DNA of 64,000 nucleotides from assembly GCA_027491415.1 (NCBI GenBank), contig JAOZFH010000007.1:1-64000 (forward strand). The letters run 5' to 3'. The notes under the pieces were generated by a model that was not told the origin of the DNA, did no database searches, and worked only from the letters and a program-made list of their open reading frames with translations. Within the stretch, counting starts at the first letter, position 1. Every line of letters begins with the position of its first letter. The translations under genes and the position numbers were made by a program. The stretch comes from Thermoproteota archaeon (GTDB taxonomy: Archaea > Korarchaeota > Korarchaeia > Korarchaeales > Korarchaeaceae). Positions 19,054-28,712 of this stretch are shown piece after piece.

Positions 19054-19496
19054 GCGAAGGAGGCAAGAGGGTCCTAGTCCTCTTAGATGAGCCCGTCAGC
19101 GCGGAGTGCCTCGTGGGCCTCCTGGCCGGGACCCTCGGACTGACCTCGGCGGAGGTGACCCTCCTCCACGTGGTGACGGTGCCCAGGACGAGCCCCCTCG
19201 AGACCTCTGCCCTGAGGGAGCCCTCGCGCGAGGCGCTCGAGTGGCTCGATGCGCTGGCCAGCAGGCTGGCAGAGCACGGCCTGGCGGCCAGGGCCAGGGT
19301 GGCCATATCAAGGGACGTCGAGACCGCCCTGGTCGAGTCGGCGGAGGGGCAGGACCTGATGATCATTCCGACCCGGTCTATGGGGTCGGGCCTGCTGAGG
19401 GCCCTCCGGGGGTGCCCAGCGGAGAAGCTCGCTGATAGCATCAGAATTCCGGTGGTGCTCGTGAGCAGAGACCTCATGACCTGCCCGAACCTTTAG
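19050..19496 (+). CDS. Universal stress protein
   Basis: KRVLVLLD, VTLLHVV, DLMII, IPVVLV. Confidence 0.75.
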   Translation: MSEGGKRVLVLLDEPVSAECLVGLLAGTLGLTSAEVTLLHVVTVPRTSPLETSALREPSREALEWLDALASRLAEHGLAARARVAISRDVETALVESAEGQDLMIIPTRSMGSGLLRALRGCPAEKLADSIRIPVVLVSRDLMTCPNL

Positions 19497-20622
19497 GCAG
19501 GTGGGTCTCTGCCAGCCTCACTATCCTCGCGTAACCCTCTGCGGCCGCCCTTAGGTCGGCCACCCTGACCCTTTCGTTCGGCCTGTGGGCCAGGGTCTCG
19601 TCGCCGGGCCCGTACCCGATTGTCAGGATGCCCGCCTCTCCAGCAGTGTAGGAGCCGTCCGTCCCGAACCTCCACGTTACCAAGTCGCCCCCCAGCTCCC
19701 TGGCCGCCAGGCTGGCGAAGTCGCTGGGCATGTACCACGCCGGGAAGTACGCCCTCACCCGGTTCTCAAGGCCGGTGTAGCACCTTATGGTCTTGGTGAC
19801 GACCGAGGCCTCGACCCCTGGCCTCAGTAACCTCATCCTGGACAGGATCGACTCGAGCGTCTCGTCCGGCACCATCCTGTAGTCCAGCAGGGCCTCGCAG
19901 GCGTCTGGGATGACGGGAATGACCCCGGGCGAGCAGCGTATCGCGACCGGCGCGACGGAGGATCTCCCCAGGACCTCGTGCTCAGGTAGCTCGCACGAAA
20001 TCTCCCTGAGCCTGACCAGCGCCTCCACCAACTTGTAGAGCGCGCTGTCCCCCAGGTCGGGCATGCTGGAATGGGCCGTCCTTCCCCCCGCGGAGAGCCT
20101 GATCTCGACCCTCCCCCTGTGCCCCACCGCTACGTTGAGTCTCGTGGCCTCCCCCAGGACCACGAGATCTGGCCTTATTCCGGCCTCCTCGAGGAACATC
20201 CTGATTCCGAAGCCCTCCTGGTCCTCCTCGTGCACCACGAAGGCCATGTACACGTCGGCGTCCAGCGAGTCCAGCAGGGGCGCGGAGTGCACCATGGCCG
20301 CTATGGCCCCCTTCATGTCAACGGAGCCCCTGCCGAACAGCCAGCCGTCCCGAACCTCCCCAGAGAACGGGTCGACCCTCCACTCTCCCACCCTCCCCGG
20401 GGGGACGGTGTCCATGTGTCCCTCTAGCACTACCACGGGCCCGGCTCCGGACCCCCTGATCAGCCCGCCGACGTTTCCAGCTCCGTCTATCCACGTCCTG
20501 TCGAATCCCAGTGAGTTCATCTCATCTCGGATCAGGCCAGCGACCTCACCCTCATCCCCCGAGAGGCTGGGAGTCTGGACAAGCCTGGAGCAGAACTGTA
20601 TCACCTCCTCTCTGCCGCTCAG
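19474..20622 (-). CDS. YgeY-like M20 metallohydrolase (start GTG 20604 or CTG 20622)
   Basis: GHMDTV, GRGSVDMKG, VHEEDQEG, GHRGRVEI, YFPAW, WRFGTDG, GYGPGDETLAH.PNE follow the YgeY pattern. Confidence 0.8.
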   Translation of the reverse strand: MSGREEVIQFCSRLVQTPSLSGDEGEVAGLIRDEMNSLGFDRTWIDGAGNVGGLIRGSGAGPVVVLEGHMDTVPPGRVGEWRVDPFSGEVRDGWLFGRGSVDMKGAIAAMVHSAPLLDSLDADVYMAFVVHEEDQEGFGIRMFLEEAGIRPDLVVLGEATRLNVAVGHRGRVEIRLSAGGRTAHSSMPDLGDSALYKLVEALVRLREISCELPEHEVLGRSSVAPVAIRCSPGVIPVIPDACEALLDYRMVPDETLESILSRMRLLRPGVEASVVTKTIRCYTGLENRVRAYFPAWYMPSDFASLAARELGGDLVTWRFGTDGSYTAGEAGILTIGYGPGDETLAHRPNERVRVADLRAAAEGYARIVRLAETHLPKGSGRS

Positions 20623-20709
20623 GCCCCCTCCACCCTCCGAGGGCGGATTGGGTGCATGTTTTTAACCCTCCGGAGGGCGGCGCTTCCCGCGTCTCGGAGG
20701 TGAAGGCGC

Positions 20710-21675
20710 TTGACCGACTTGGGGAAGAGGATACTGATCGCCCTGGGCGGAAACGCCATCAAGCAGGCTCACGAGAAGGGCACCTATGAGGAGCAGCTCC
20801 GCAACGTGGAGAAGACCGCCGCCCAGCTGGCCAAGCTCGTGCAGAGGGGGTACCACCTGGCCATAACCCACGGGAACGGCCCTCAGGTGGGCGCCCTCCT
20901 GATTCAGCAAGAGGAGGGGCAGAGGCTCGGGATCCCGCCCCAGCCCATGGACGTGTGCGGCGCCATGACCCAAGGTCAGATAGGGTACATGCTCCAGCAG
21001 GCCCTCATGAACGAGTTCAGGAAGATAGGCTTGGACAAGCTCGCGGCCACCGTGGTGACTAGGGTGCTCGTTCGGAAGGACGATCCCGACTTCCAAGACC
21101 CGTCCAAGCCCGTAGGCCCGTTCTACGACGAGGAGACCGCCAAGAAGCTCGCTGAGGAGAGGGGATGGGTCATCAAGAAGGTGAAGCCCAATGCGGACAA
21201 GCCCTACAGGAGGGTGGTTCCCTCCCCAGATCCCATCAGGCCGCTAGAGGCCGACGCGATCAAGAAGCTCTACGACAGCGGCATCATAGTGATCGCCAGC
21301 GGAGGCGGCGGGATACCGGTCATCGAGGAGGACGGGAAGATCAAGGGCGTCGAGGCGGTCATCGACAAGGACCTCGCCGGCGAGAGGATGGCCGAGGTCC
21401 TTGGCGTCGACATCTTCATGATCCTCACCGACGTGGAGAAGGTCAAGCTGAACTACGGGAAGCCTGACGAGAGGGAAATAGACAGGATGACCGTCTCCGA
21501 GGCGAAGAAGTACTACGAGGAGGGCCACTTCCTGCCCGGCAGCATGGGCCCGAAGGTCAAGGCCTGCATCAGGTTCGTCGAGGAGGCCGGCGGGAAGGCC
21601 GCTATAATCACCCACTTGGAGAAGGCCCTCGACGCTCTGGAGGGGAAGACCGGGACCTGGATAGTCCCGGACTGA
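20710..21675 (+). CDS. arcC: Carbamate kinase
   Basis: [55 protein letters not shown]. Confidence 0.95.
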   Translation: MTDLGKRILIALGGNAIKQAHEKGTYEEQLRNVEKTAAQLAKLVQRGYHLAITHGNGPQVGALLIQQEEGQRLGIPPQPMDVCGAMTQGQIGYMLQQALMNEFRKIGLDKLAATVVTRVLVRKDDPDFQDPSKPVGPFYDEETAKKLAEERGWVIKKVKPNADKPYRRVVPSPDPIRPLEADAIKKLYDSGIIVIASGGGGIPVIEEDGKIKGVEAVIDKDLAGERMAEVLGVDIFMILTDVEKVKLNYGKPDEREIDRMTVSEAKKYYEEGHFLPGSMGPKVKACIRFVEEAGGKAAIITHLEKALDALEGKTGTWIVPD

Positions 21676-21727
21676 ACCCTCCCGCACCTATTTCTGTGTC
21701 ACCCGCCCTGGCCCCCTCGGTGTTGAT

Positions 21728-22660
21728 TTGAGGGCGGCGGTGATCGGGGGAGGGCGCGTCAGGTTCGTCCCGGATTACAAGGACCCTAGGCCCCGGCCAG
21801 GCGAGGTCCTGGTTAGGATCAAGCTCGCGGGGATATGCGGGACGGACCTGGAACTCCTCAGGGGCTACAAGGGATTCTCCGGGGTCACGGGACACGAGTT
21901 CGTTGGCGTGGCCCAGTCCGGAAAGTACGCCGGGAGGAGGGTGGTCGGAGAGATCAACGTCGGCTGCGGCGAGTGTGAGTTCTGCAGGGCCGGCGTGAGG
22001 GAGCACTGCCTCCGCAGAGAGGTAATAGGCCTCACCAGAGACGGCGCCATGGCCGAGCTCGTAGCAATGCCCGAGGAGAACCTCCATCCAGTCCCAGATG
22101 AGGTTCCAGACGAGGCGGCTGTGTTCACAGAGCCCCTGGCGGCGGCCTTGAGGGTGCTGGAGTCCGCACGGGTGAGGCCCAGAGATCGGGTGGTTGTCCT
22201 GGGGGCGGGCAGGCTGGGCCAGCTGGTGGCGAGGGTCCTGGCCCTCACGGGGTGCAGGCTCACCGTTATCGACAGGAACGATTGGAAGCTCGGCCTCCTC
22301 CGCGGACTGGGAGCGGAGCTCCGGAGCAGCGCGGAGGGGATTGAGAATGCGGCCGACATGGTCGTCGAGTGCACCGGCAGGCCAGAAGGTCTGAAGACGG
22401 CCCTGCGCCTGGTCAAACCGATGGGGACGGTCGTCCTGAAGTCCACCACCGCGGAGGGCGCCGAGGTCGACCCATCCCTGGTGGTGAAGGAGGTGGGGGT
22501 AGTGGGGAGCAGGTGCGGGCCATTTGAGCCGGCGATTTCGCTCCTCAGACGCGGGCTGGTGAGGGTGGACGACCTGATCTCATCGATTTATCCTCTGGAA
22601 AGGGTCGAGGAGGCCTTCGAGGAGGCCAGTAGGTCAATGAAGGTGCTCCTTCGGGTCTGA
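21728..22660 (+). CDS. Zn-dependent medium-chain alcohol dehydrogenase (MDR) family
   Basis: GICGTD, GHEFVG, CGECEFC...C, EPLAAA, GAGRLG, GSRCGPF. Confidence 0.9.
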   Translation: MRAAVIGGGRVRFVPDYKDPRPRPGEVLVRIKLAGICGTDLELLRGYKGFSGVTGHEFVGVAQSGKYAGRRVVGEINVGCGECEFCRAGVREHCLRREVIGLTRDGAMAELVAMPEENLHPVPDEVPDEAAVFTEPLAAALRVLESARVRPRDRVVVLGAGRLGQLVARVLALTGCRLTVIDRNDWKLGLLRGLGAELRSSAEGIENAADMVVECTGRPEGLKTALRLVKPMGTVVLKSTTAEGAEVDPSLVVKEVGVVGSRCGPFEPAISLLRRGLVRVDDLISSIYPLERVEEAFEEASRSMKVLLRV

Positions 22661-22692
22661 CCGGTCGACTACTCGACGGGGACCTCGGCAGA

Positions 22693-23547
22693 TCAGTCCT
22701 CCAGCGATCTGAACACTTTCGAGTAGTCGAGATCTCCCAGGCCGAGCCTCTTCGCGCGAAGGAAGGTCTGCTGGACCTCCGCCATGATTGGAAGCTCCCT
22801 GACGAGATCCGCCGCCGTCCGGAGCACGTACCTCATGTCCTTCTCGGCCAGCCTGAGGGCGAACCTCACTGGGGCGGAGTCGTCCAACATCCTCCTCCAG
22901 TAGTACCCGGCCGCCTTGCCCACGGGGTGCTCCCCCATCACCTCGAGCGCCGACTCCGGGTCCACGCCCATCGCCTCGGCGAGGGCGAGCCCCTCTGCCA
23001 TGACACCGACCATGGAGATCAGGATGGCGTTTATCACGAGCTTGTAGGCGGTCCCCATCCCGACTGGCCCGACCAGCCTGTGTGAGCCGAGCGCGTCCAG
23101 AACGGGGCGAGCCCTCTCGTAGACATCCTCGTCGCCGCCTACCATGATGGACAGCCTACCCTCTCTGGCCTGCGTCGTGCTGCCCAGCACGGGGGCGTCT
23201 AGCAGACCTATATCCCTCTCCCTCGCCGCCTCCTCCAGCTCTCTGACGAACTGCGGGTAGAGGGTGCTCATCTCTACCACCACCGCCCCGGGCCTGGCCC
23301 CGGTGATGGCTCCATCCTCGGACAAGAGCGTATTCCTGACCGCCGCCTCGTCGCTGACCATGTCTATGATTACGTCCGCCCGATAGGCCAGTTCTCTGGG
23401 ACTTGAGGCCACCTCTGCTCCCCTCTCAGCCAGTGGGAGTGCCCTCTCCCTCGTTCGGTTGTACACGATCAGCTGAAAGCCCTCATCCAGAAGGCGCTCG
23501 GCCATGCGGTACCCCATGTTTCCCAAGCCGATCAGCCCAACCCTCAT
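22693..23547 (-). CDS. NAD(P)-dependent beta-hydroxyacid dehydrogenase (3-hydroxyisobutyrate / tartronate or malonate semialdehyde reductase family)
   Basis: IGLGNMG, YNRT, EMST, DAPVLGS, MVGG, catalytic K in YKLVIN, KD. Confidence 0.9.
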   Translation of the reverse strand: MRVGLIGLGNMGYRMAERLLDEGFQLIVYNRTRERALPLAERGAEVASSPRELAYRADVIIDMVSDEAAVRNTLLSEDGAITGARPGAVVVEMSTLYPQFVRELEEAARERDIGLLDAPVLGSTTQAREGRLSIMVGGDEDVYERARPVLDALGSHRLVGPVGMGTAYKLVINAILISMVGVMAEGLALAEAMGVDPESALEVMGEHPVGKAAGYYWRRMLDDSAPVRFALRLAEKDMRYVLRTAADLVRELPIMAEVQQTFLRAKRLGLGDLDYSKVFRSLED

Positions 23548-23767
23548 GGTTACCACATGCGGCGGGTGAGAGCGGGCCGATTTAACTTGGTGACATCTGC
23601 GAGAAGGGATCAGAGAACCATTTTCGTGCGATTACCAATTACAACTATCAGATTTTGGCCTACACTTGATTGGTATCCAGTATTTCTTCTGAACAGCCAC
23701 TCGGCGGGACGCCCGATTAATATTGGATAATCTTTTAACCCCTTGTCGCTATGAGATTTAGGGTGTC

Positions 23768-24832
23768 TTGTTGGGAAAAGTAGACTGGCTGAGGCACTCA
23801 AAGGCGCTGGATGAAATCACCCAGGCCGTTGGCTTAACCCCGATGGTCAGACTGAGGAGGATTCCAAAGGAAGAGGGAGTTTCCGCCGACATCTACGTGA
23901 AGCTCGAGTACTTCAGTCCGACTGGGAGCCTGAAGGACCGCATCTACCTGGAGATGTTCAGGCAGGCCATTGAGAGGGGCGAGCTCAGGCCGGGCATGGA
24001 GGTGATCGAGGCCTCGACTGGAAACGCGGGCATAGCCTGCGCGTGGGTGGGTTCGCTCCTTGGGTACCCGGTGACCATAGTCATGCCCGAGGGGATGAGC
24101 GAGGAGAGGAAGATGCTGATGCGGGCGTACGGCGCCAAGCTCGTCTTCGTGCCCGGCGCAGAGAGCGACGTCGACCTGGCGCTCGAGAAGGTCGGGGAGC
24201 TCAAGGAAAAGAACCCCGGCAAGTACTGGGAGCCCAGCCAATTCTCCAACCCGGCCAATCCGGAGGCGCACTACACGACTACGGGCCCAGAGATCTGGGA
24301 GCAGATGGACGGGAAGGTGGACGCCTTCCTGGCGGCGGCCGGGACGGCCGGCACCATCACTGGAGTCGGCAGGTACCTCAAGGAGAGAGATCCCCAGGTC
24401 AGGATCTACGTGGTGGAGCCGACTGAGGCCCCCGTGCTGGCACAAGGGGAGTGGGGATCCCACCGCATAGAGGGCATAGGAGACGGCTTCGTCCCTGACA
24501 ACCTTGACCTCGGCGTTGTCGACGGTGTTATACTGGTCTCGTCGGACGAAGCGATCGAGATGGCCAGGAGGATGGCCCGGGAGGAGGGCATACTGTGTGG
24601 CATATCCTCAGGGGCAAACGTGGCGGCCGCCATCAAGCTGGCCAGGAGGAGGCCCGACCTACGCAGGATAGCCACGATGGTCAACGACGATGGGCGAAGG
24701 TACTTCTCGACGCCCCTCTTTGGTGTTGAGAAGAAGCTTAGGATACCCGAGAGGGCTCACGAGGTGGTGCGCGACCCCCAGAGGGCAAGGGAGCTGGCGG
24801 ATGCGAGAAGGCGCTGGGAGATCGTGCGCTGA
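23768..24832 (+). CDS. Cysteine synthase (CysK/CysM)-family PLP enzyme
   Basis: TPMVRL, KLEYFSPTGSLKDR, EASTGNAG, QFSNPAN, GTAGT, IEGIG, GISSGA. Confidence 0.88.
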   Translation: MLGKVDWLRHSKALDEITQAVGLTPMVRLRRIPKEEGVSADIYVKLEYFSPTGSLKDRIYLEMFRQAIERGELRPGMEVIEASTGNAGIACAWVGSLLGYPVTIVMPEGMSEERKMLMRAYGAKLVFVPGAESDVDLALEKVGELKEKNPGKYWEPSQFSNPANPEAHYTTTGPEIWEQMDGKVDAFLAAAGTAGTITGVGRYLKERDPQVRIYVVEPTEAPVLAQGEWGSHRIEGIGDGFVPDNLDLGVVDGVILVSSDEAIEMARRMAREEGILCGISSGANVAAAIKLARRRPDLRRIATMVNDDGRRYFSTPLFGVEKKLRIPERAHEVVRDPQRARELADARRRWEIVR

Positions 24833-24847
24833 GACCCTCCTCTGAAG

Positions 24848-24869
24848 CAAAAAACTCCCCGCGGGGAGC
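24848..24869 (-). terminator. Hairpin plus T-run terminator of the aminotransferase gene
   Basis: ctcccc-gc-ggggag next to an A-run on + (T-run on -). Confidence 0.6.
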
Positions 24870-26210
24870 TCAACTCCCCGCAACCTCCTTTATCGTTTCC
24901 TCCAGGATGTCGAGACCTACGTCCGCCTCTTCCTCCGTGATTACCAGCGGAGGGGCCAACCTGAGGCTGGACTTGCCAGCCCCCAGCAGTAGCAGGCCCT
25001 TCTTGAAGGCCTCCTGCACGATCTTCCCTCTCTCTTTCGTTGCGGGCTCCTTGGTGCGCCTGTCCTTCACGAACTCCACGCCTACCATTAGTCCTATGCC
25101 CCTGACGTCGCCTATGATCTCGTGCCTCTCCTGCATCTCCTTCAGCCTCTTGATCATGTGCTCCCCTACCTTCCTGGCGTTCTCGAGCAGCCCCTCTTTC
25201 TCGATGATGTCTATGACGGTGAGGGCCACGCTGGCCAGCACCGGGTTCCCGCCGAGCGTGTTCTCGTGGGCCCCTGGTCCCCACTCCAGTATCTCGGCCT
25301 TCGCAACGCAGGCGCCGAAGGGGAAGCCGGCGGCTATGGCCTTGGAGATCAACACGACGTCCGGCTCAACTCCGAAGTGCTCGATGGCCCACCACCTTCC
25401 GGTCCTGCCCATGCCAGCCTGGACCTCGTCGTCCATGAGGACTATGCCGTGCTCATCCGCTATCTTCCGGAGACCCCTGACCCACTCCGCGGGCGGCACG
25501 ATGTAGCCTCCCGCCCCCTGGACGGGCTCAAACAGTATTCCGGCGACCTCGTCCGGCGGGGCCACGTGCCCGAGGATCTCGTTCTCCAGGTAGTCGAGGC
25601 AAGCGAGTCCGCACTCCGGGTAGCCCTCCTTATGGCCGAGCGGGCACCTGTAGCAGTACGGGTACGGGGCGTGCACCACGCCGGGCATCATGGGCTGGAA
25701 CCTCCTCCTGGCGGCGGGTGAGGTTGTGGTGAAGGCAAGGGAGCCCATGGTCCTGCCGTGGAACCCGTTGATGAACCCGACGAAGTAGTACCTTTGGGTG
25801 TAGTACCTCGTGGCCTTGATCCCGCACTCCACCGCCTCCGTCCCGCTGTTCACGAAGAAGACCCTCTTCTTGAAGCTGCCGGGCGTAATCTCCGTCAGCT
25901 TCTTGGCCAGGTGCACCTGGGGGATCGTGTAGAAGTCGCAGCTGTTGACGAAGATGAGCCTGTCGACCTCCCTCTTGACGGTCTCGACGACCCTGGGGTG
26001 CCTGTGCCCCACGTTGGTGACGGCTATGCCGGATCCAAAGTCCAAATACTCGTTCCCGTCCGGGTCTCTCACCCACACCCCCTCGGCTTCGTACCCCACG
26101 AGGGGGGCGGTCCTGGTGAGGGCTGGCGAGAGGTACTGACGATCGATCTCGATGAGTTCCCTCGCCTTGGGTCCCGGGGGCTCAACCACGATCTTCGGCC
26201 TGCGAACCAT
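24870..26210 (-). CDS. Class III PLP aminotransferase (4-aminobutyrate / beta-alanine / ornithine type)
   Basis: YLDFGSGIAV, NSGTEAVE, FHGRT, EPVQGAGG, DEVQAGMGRTG, SKAIA, HENTLGGNP; SD GGGGTGA before ATG 26210. Confidence 0.92.
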   Translation of the reverse strand: MVRRPKIVVEPPGPKARELIEIDRQYLSPALTRTAPLVGYEAEGVWVRDPDGNEYLDFGSGIAVTNVGHRHPRVVETVKREVDRLIFVNSCDFYTIPQVHLAKKLTEITPGSFKKRVFFVNSGTEAVECGIKATRYYTQRYYFVGFINGFHGRTMGSLAFTTTSPAARRRFQPMMPGVVHAPYPYCYRCPLGHKEGYPECGLACLDYLENEILGHVAPPDEVAGILFEPVQGAGGYIVPPAEWVRGLRKIADEHGIVLMDDEVQAGMGRTGRWWAIEHFGVEPDVVLISKAIAAGFPFGACVAKAEILEWGPGAHENTLGGNPVLASVALTVIDIIEKEGLLENARKVGEHMIKRLKEMQERHEIIGDVRGIGLMVGVEFVKDRRTKEPATKERGKIVQEAFKKGLLLLGAGKSSLRLAPPLVITEEEADVGLDILEETIKEVAGS

Positions 26211-26263
26211 GCGATCACCCCTAATGTGGGGTCCAGGTTGCCCGGTCCGGGTGCTCAATAACT

Positions 26264-26977
26264 TTACCTCGGGGAGAGGCCGCTGTCTGGACCGTCTCTC
26301 CCTTCGGAGGATTCCCCAGGCGGCTTAACGGCCGCAAGGCAGTGAAAGCCCTTCTCCAAGTCCAAACCGGGTGTTGGCTCCTCAAACACGTAGGGACCAT
26401 CGCCAGGCGGCCTGGAGATCGTGGAGCTCCACCCAACGGGTTTCAGGCCTGATTCCCTGACGAGGCGAATCAGCTCATCTGACGAGAAGAATCTAGCGGC
26501 CCTGTAGAAGGGATGGCCTTCCTCCTTCTTGCTCAGGTAGAACCTGCCCCAGGGACTCTCTCTGAGGACCAGGCCCAGCACGAGTCCCCCTCCAGGCTTG
26601 AGAACCCTGCTCGCCTCCCTGAGGGCTCTCTTGGGGTCGTCGAGGAAGCACATGGTGACCACCATCACCACAGCCCCGACGCTCGAGCCCCCGAGCGGCA
26701 GGCTCTCGGCCCTCGCCCTGATCACTTCTACCCCCCTGCGCCTGGCCAGCCTAAGGGGGGCGAGGGCCGGGTCGATCCCCAGGTCGATCTCCAGTCCCTC
26801 GGCGAACCTACCGGATCCCACCCCTACCTCGATCCAGGGTCGGGGGAACCCTCTCAACATCCTCTGAACGCAGGCGAGTTCTGACTCAAAGAGCGGCACG
26901 TTCTCCGGTCTGTCATACCAAGAGTCGTACCTCTCGGCCAGCCGCTCAAATACTCGGAAGGACCCCGGGTCGAACAA
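26264..26977 (-). CDS. Class I SAM-dependent methyltransferase
   Basis: YDSWY, IEVGVGSGRFA, GIDP, AESLP, CFLDDP, RVLKPGG. Confidence 0.9.
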   Translation of the reverse strand: MFDPGSFRVFERLAERYDSWYDRPENVPLFESELACVQRMLRGFPRPWIEVGVGSGRFAEGLEIDLGIDPALAPLRLARRRGVEVIRARAESLPLGGSSVGAVVMVVTMCFLDDPKRALREASRVLKPGGGLVLGLVLRESPWGRFYLSKKEEGHPFYRAARFFSSDELIRLVRESGLKPVGWSSTISRPPGDGPYVFEEPTPGLDLEKGFHCLAAVKPPGESSEGRDGPDSGLSPR

Positions 26978-27271
26978 CCCACCCTCCCCTCACATCGACG
27001 ACCTTTAAGGCTCTCTCCTTCTGATCGCCGCCCACAAAACGTCCCTCTGTACTAAAGAGGCTCTCGATGTAAGCAATCATCACAAACTGAGAGAGAAAAG
27101 GAAAGGGGAGAAGGGGGAGGGTTCCCCGCCGACGGGGGCCACCACCAAGATCCGATCAGGGGCCCCCTCGAGGTCCGCTCGCCGATTACCGGGAGGGACT
27201 GGGGTCCGCCCCTCCGAGGTGAGGGGAGGGGTTATCCACTTTTAACCAGCCAAACCGCGAGGAGGCCCGAG

Positions 27272-28615
27272 ATGGGGGAGCTGGACTCGATATTCAATCC
27301 GGGCTCTGTGGCGGTGGTAGGTGCATCCAGGACGCCCGGAAAGCTCGGGTACGAGATCCTGAAGAACATAATCGACGCGGGCTTTCGGGGCAAGATATAC
27401 CCGGTGAACCCGAAGGCGGACGAGATCATGGGGCTGAAGTGCTACCACTCCATCTTCGAGATCCCCGAACCCGTTGACCTGGCCGTGATAGTCATCCCCG
27501 CCCGGTTCGTGCCCGACACGGTGAAGGAGGCTGTCCGGAAGGGGGTCAAGGGATTCGTCGTGATCTCGGGCGGGTTCAGGGAGGTAGGCGGCGAGGGAGT
27601 CGAGCTGGAGAGGAGGCTCGTCCGGGCGGTGAGGGAGGGCGGGGCCAGGCTCATCGGGCCGAACTGCCAAGGCATCAACAATCCGCACGTCGGCCTATGC
27701 GCCACCTGGCCGCTCTCCACAAGGAGGGGACCCGTGGCCGTCGTGTCCCAGAGCGGGACGGTCGCCGCGTTCATGGCCACCGGCCTGGAGGGGGAGGGCA
27801 TAGGCATGAGCAAGTTCGCCGCCCTCGGCAACAAGGCCGATGTGGACGAGGTGGACATGCTGAACTACCTCGCCGACGACCCCGACACGGAGGTCGTTGC
27901 TCTCTACCTGGAGGGCACGTCGAGGGGCAGGGAGCTCATGGAGGCCCTCAGGAGGTGCGCCTCCAGGAAGCCCGTGGTGGTGATCAAGGCCGGTAGGACG
28001 GAGACCGGGGCGGAGGCGGTGGCGTCGCACACGGGAACGCTAGCCGGCTCGGCGGAGGTCTACGAGGCGGTGTTCAGGCAGACAGGCGCCGTATCCGTCG
28101 ATACTCTGGAGGAGTTCTTCGACGCGGCCAAGGCCCTCGCGGCCTTCAAGCCTCCTAAGGGCCCGAGGGTCATGGTGATTACGAGTTCCGGCGGCTCCGG
28201 CATACTGGCCGCCGACGCAATAGAGTCGAGAGGGATGGAGCTAGCTAAGCTGTCTGAAGATGTGCTCAGCAGGCTCAGAGAAGAGCTCCCACACTTCTGC
28301 GTGATCAGGAACCCTCTGGACCTCACTGGGAGCGCATACGCAGAGCTCTACGACAAGGCACTAGAGATCACGAAGGATCACGATGGAATAGACTCTTACA
28401 TACTAATATTCGGTGACCCAATAGCGGGCGCCTTTGAGGTGATCGAGAAGCACCTCAGGGAGACCGAGAAGCCAATCCTCGTCGCCTACTTGGGCGGGGG
28501 AGACGTCGAGGTCGAGGAGAGGAGGAAGTTCTACGAAGCTGGGATACCGGTTTATCCCACGCCGGAGAGGGCTGTGGTCGCGCTCTATAACCTGTGGAGG
28601 TCCAGAAAGGAATAG
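27272..28615 (+). CDS. acdA: ADP-forming acetate/acyl-CoA ligase, alpha subunit
   Basis: SVAVVGAS, YPVNP, GPNCQG, SQSG, LGNKAD, ASHTG (phospho-His), NPLDLTG. Confidence 0.9.
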   Translation: MGELDSIFNPGSVAVVGASRTPGKLGYEILKNIIDAGFRGKIYPVNPKADEIMGLKCYHSIFEIPEPVDLAVIVIPARFVPDTVKEAVRKGVKGFVVISGGFREVGGEGVELERRLVRAVREGGARLIGPNCQGINNPHVGLCATWPLSTRRGPVAVVSQSGTVAAFMATGLEGEGIGMSKFAALGNKADVDEVDMLNYLADDPDTEVVALYLEGTSRGRELMEALRRCASRKPVVVIKAGRTETGAEAVASHTGTLAGSAEVYEAVFRQTGAVSVDTLEEFFDAAKALAAFKPPKGPRVMVITSSGGSGILAADAIESRGMELAKLSEDVLSRLREELPHFCVIRNPLDLTGSAYAELYDKALEITKDHDGIDSYILIFGDPIAGAFEVIEKHLRETEKPILVAYLGGGDVEVEERRKFYEAGIPVYPTPERAVVALYNLWRSRKE

Positions 28616-28712
28616 AGAACGACCTCTCAGAGCAGTTCTTCGATAGCCTCCGTGCTCCTCAAGTAGGGCCACCGTTTTTTACAGTCCGGACTCGGCGGTC
28701 GGGGGGTCGACT

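Noticed and set aside
23557-23767. AT-rich island and small ORF 23610..23801
   Set aside because: Divergent promoter region; the ORF lacks the genome's codon bias and overlaps the cysK-like start.
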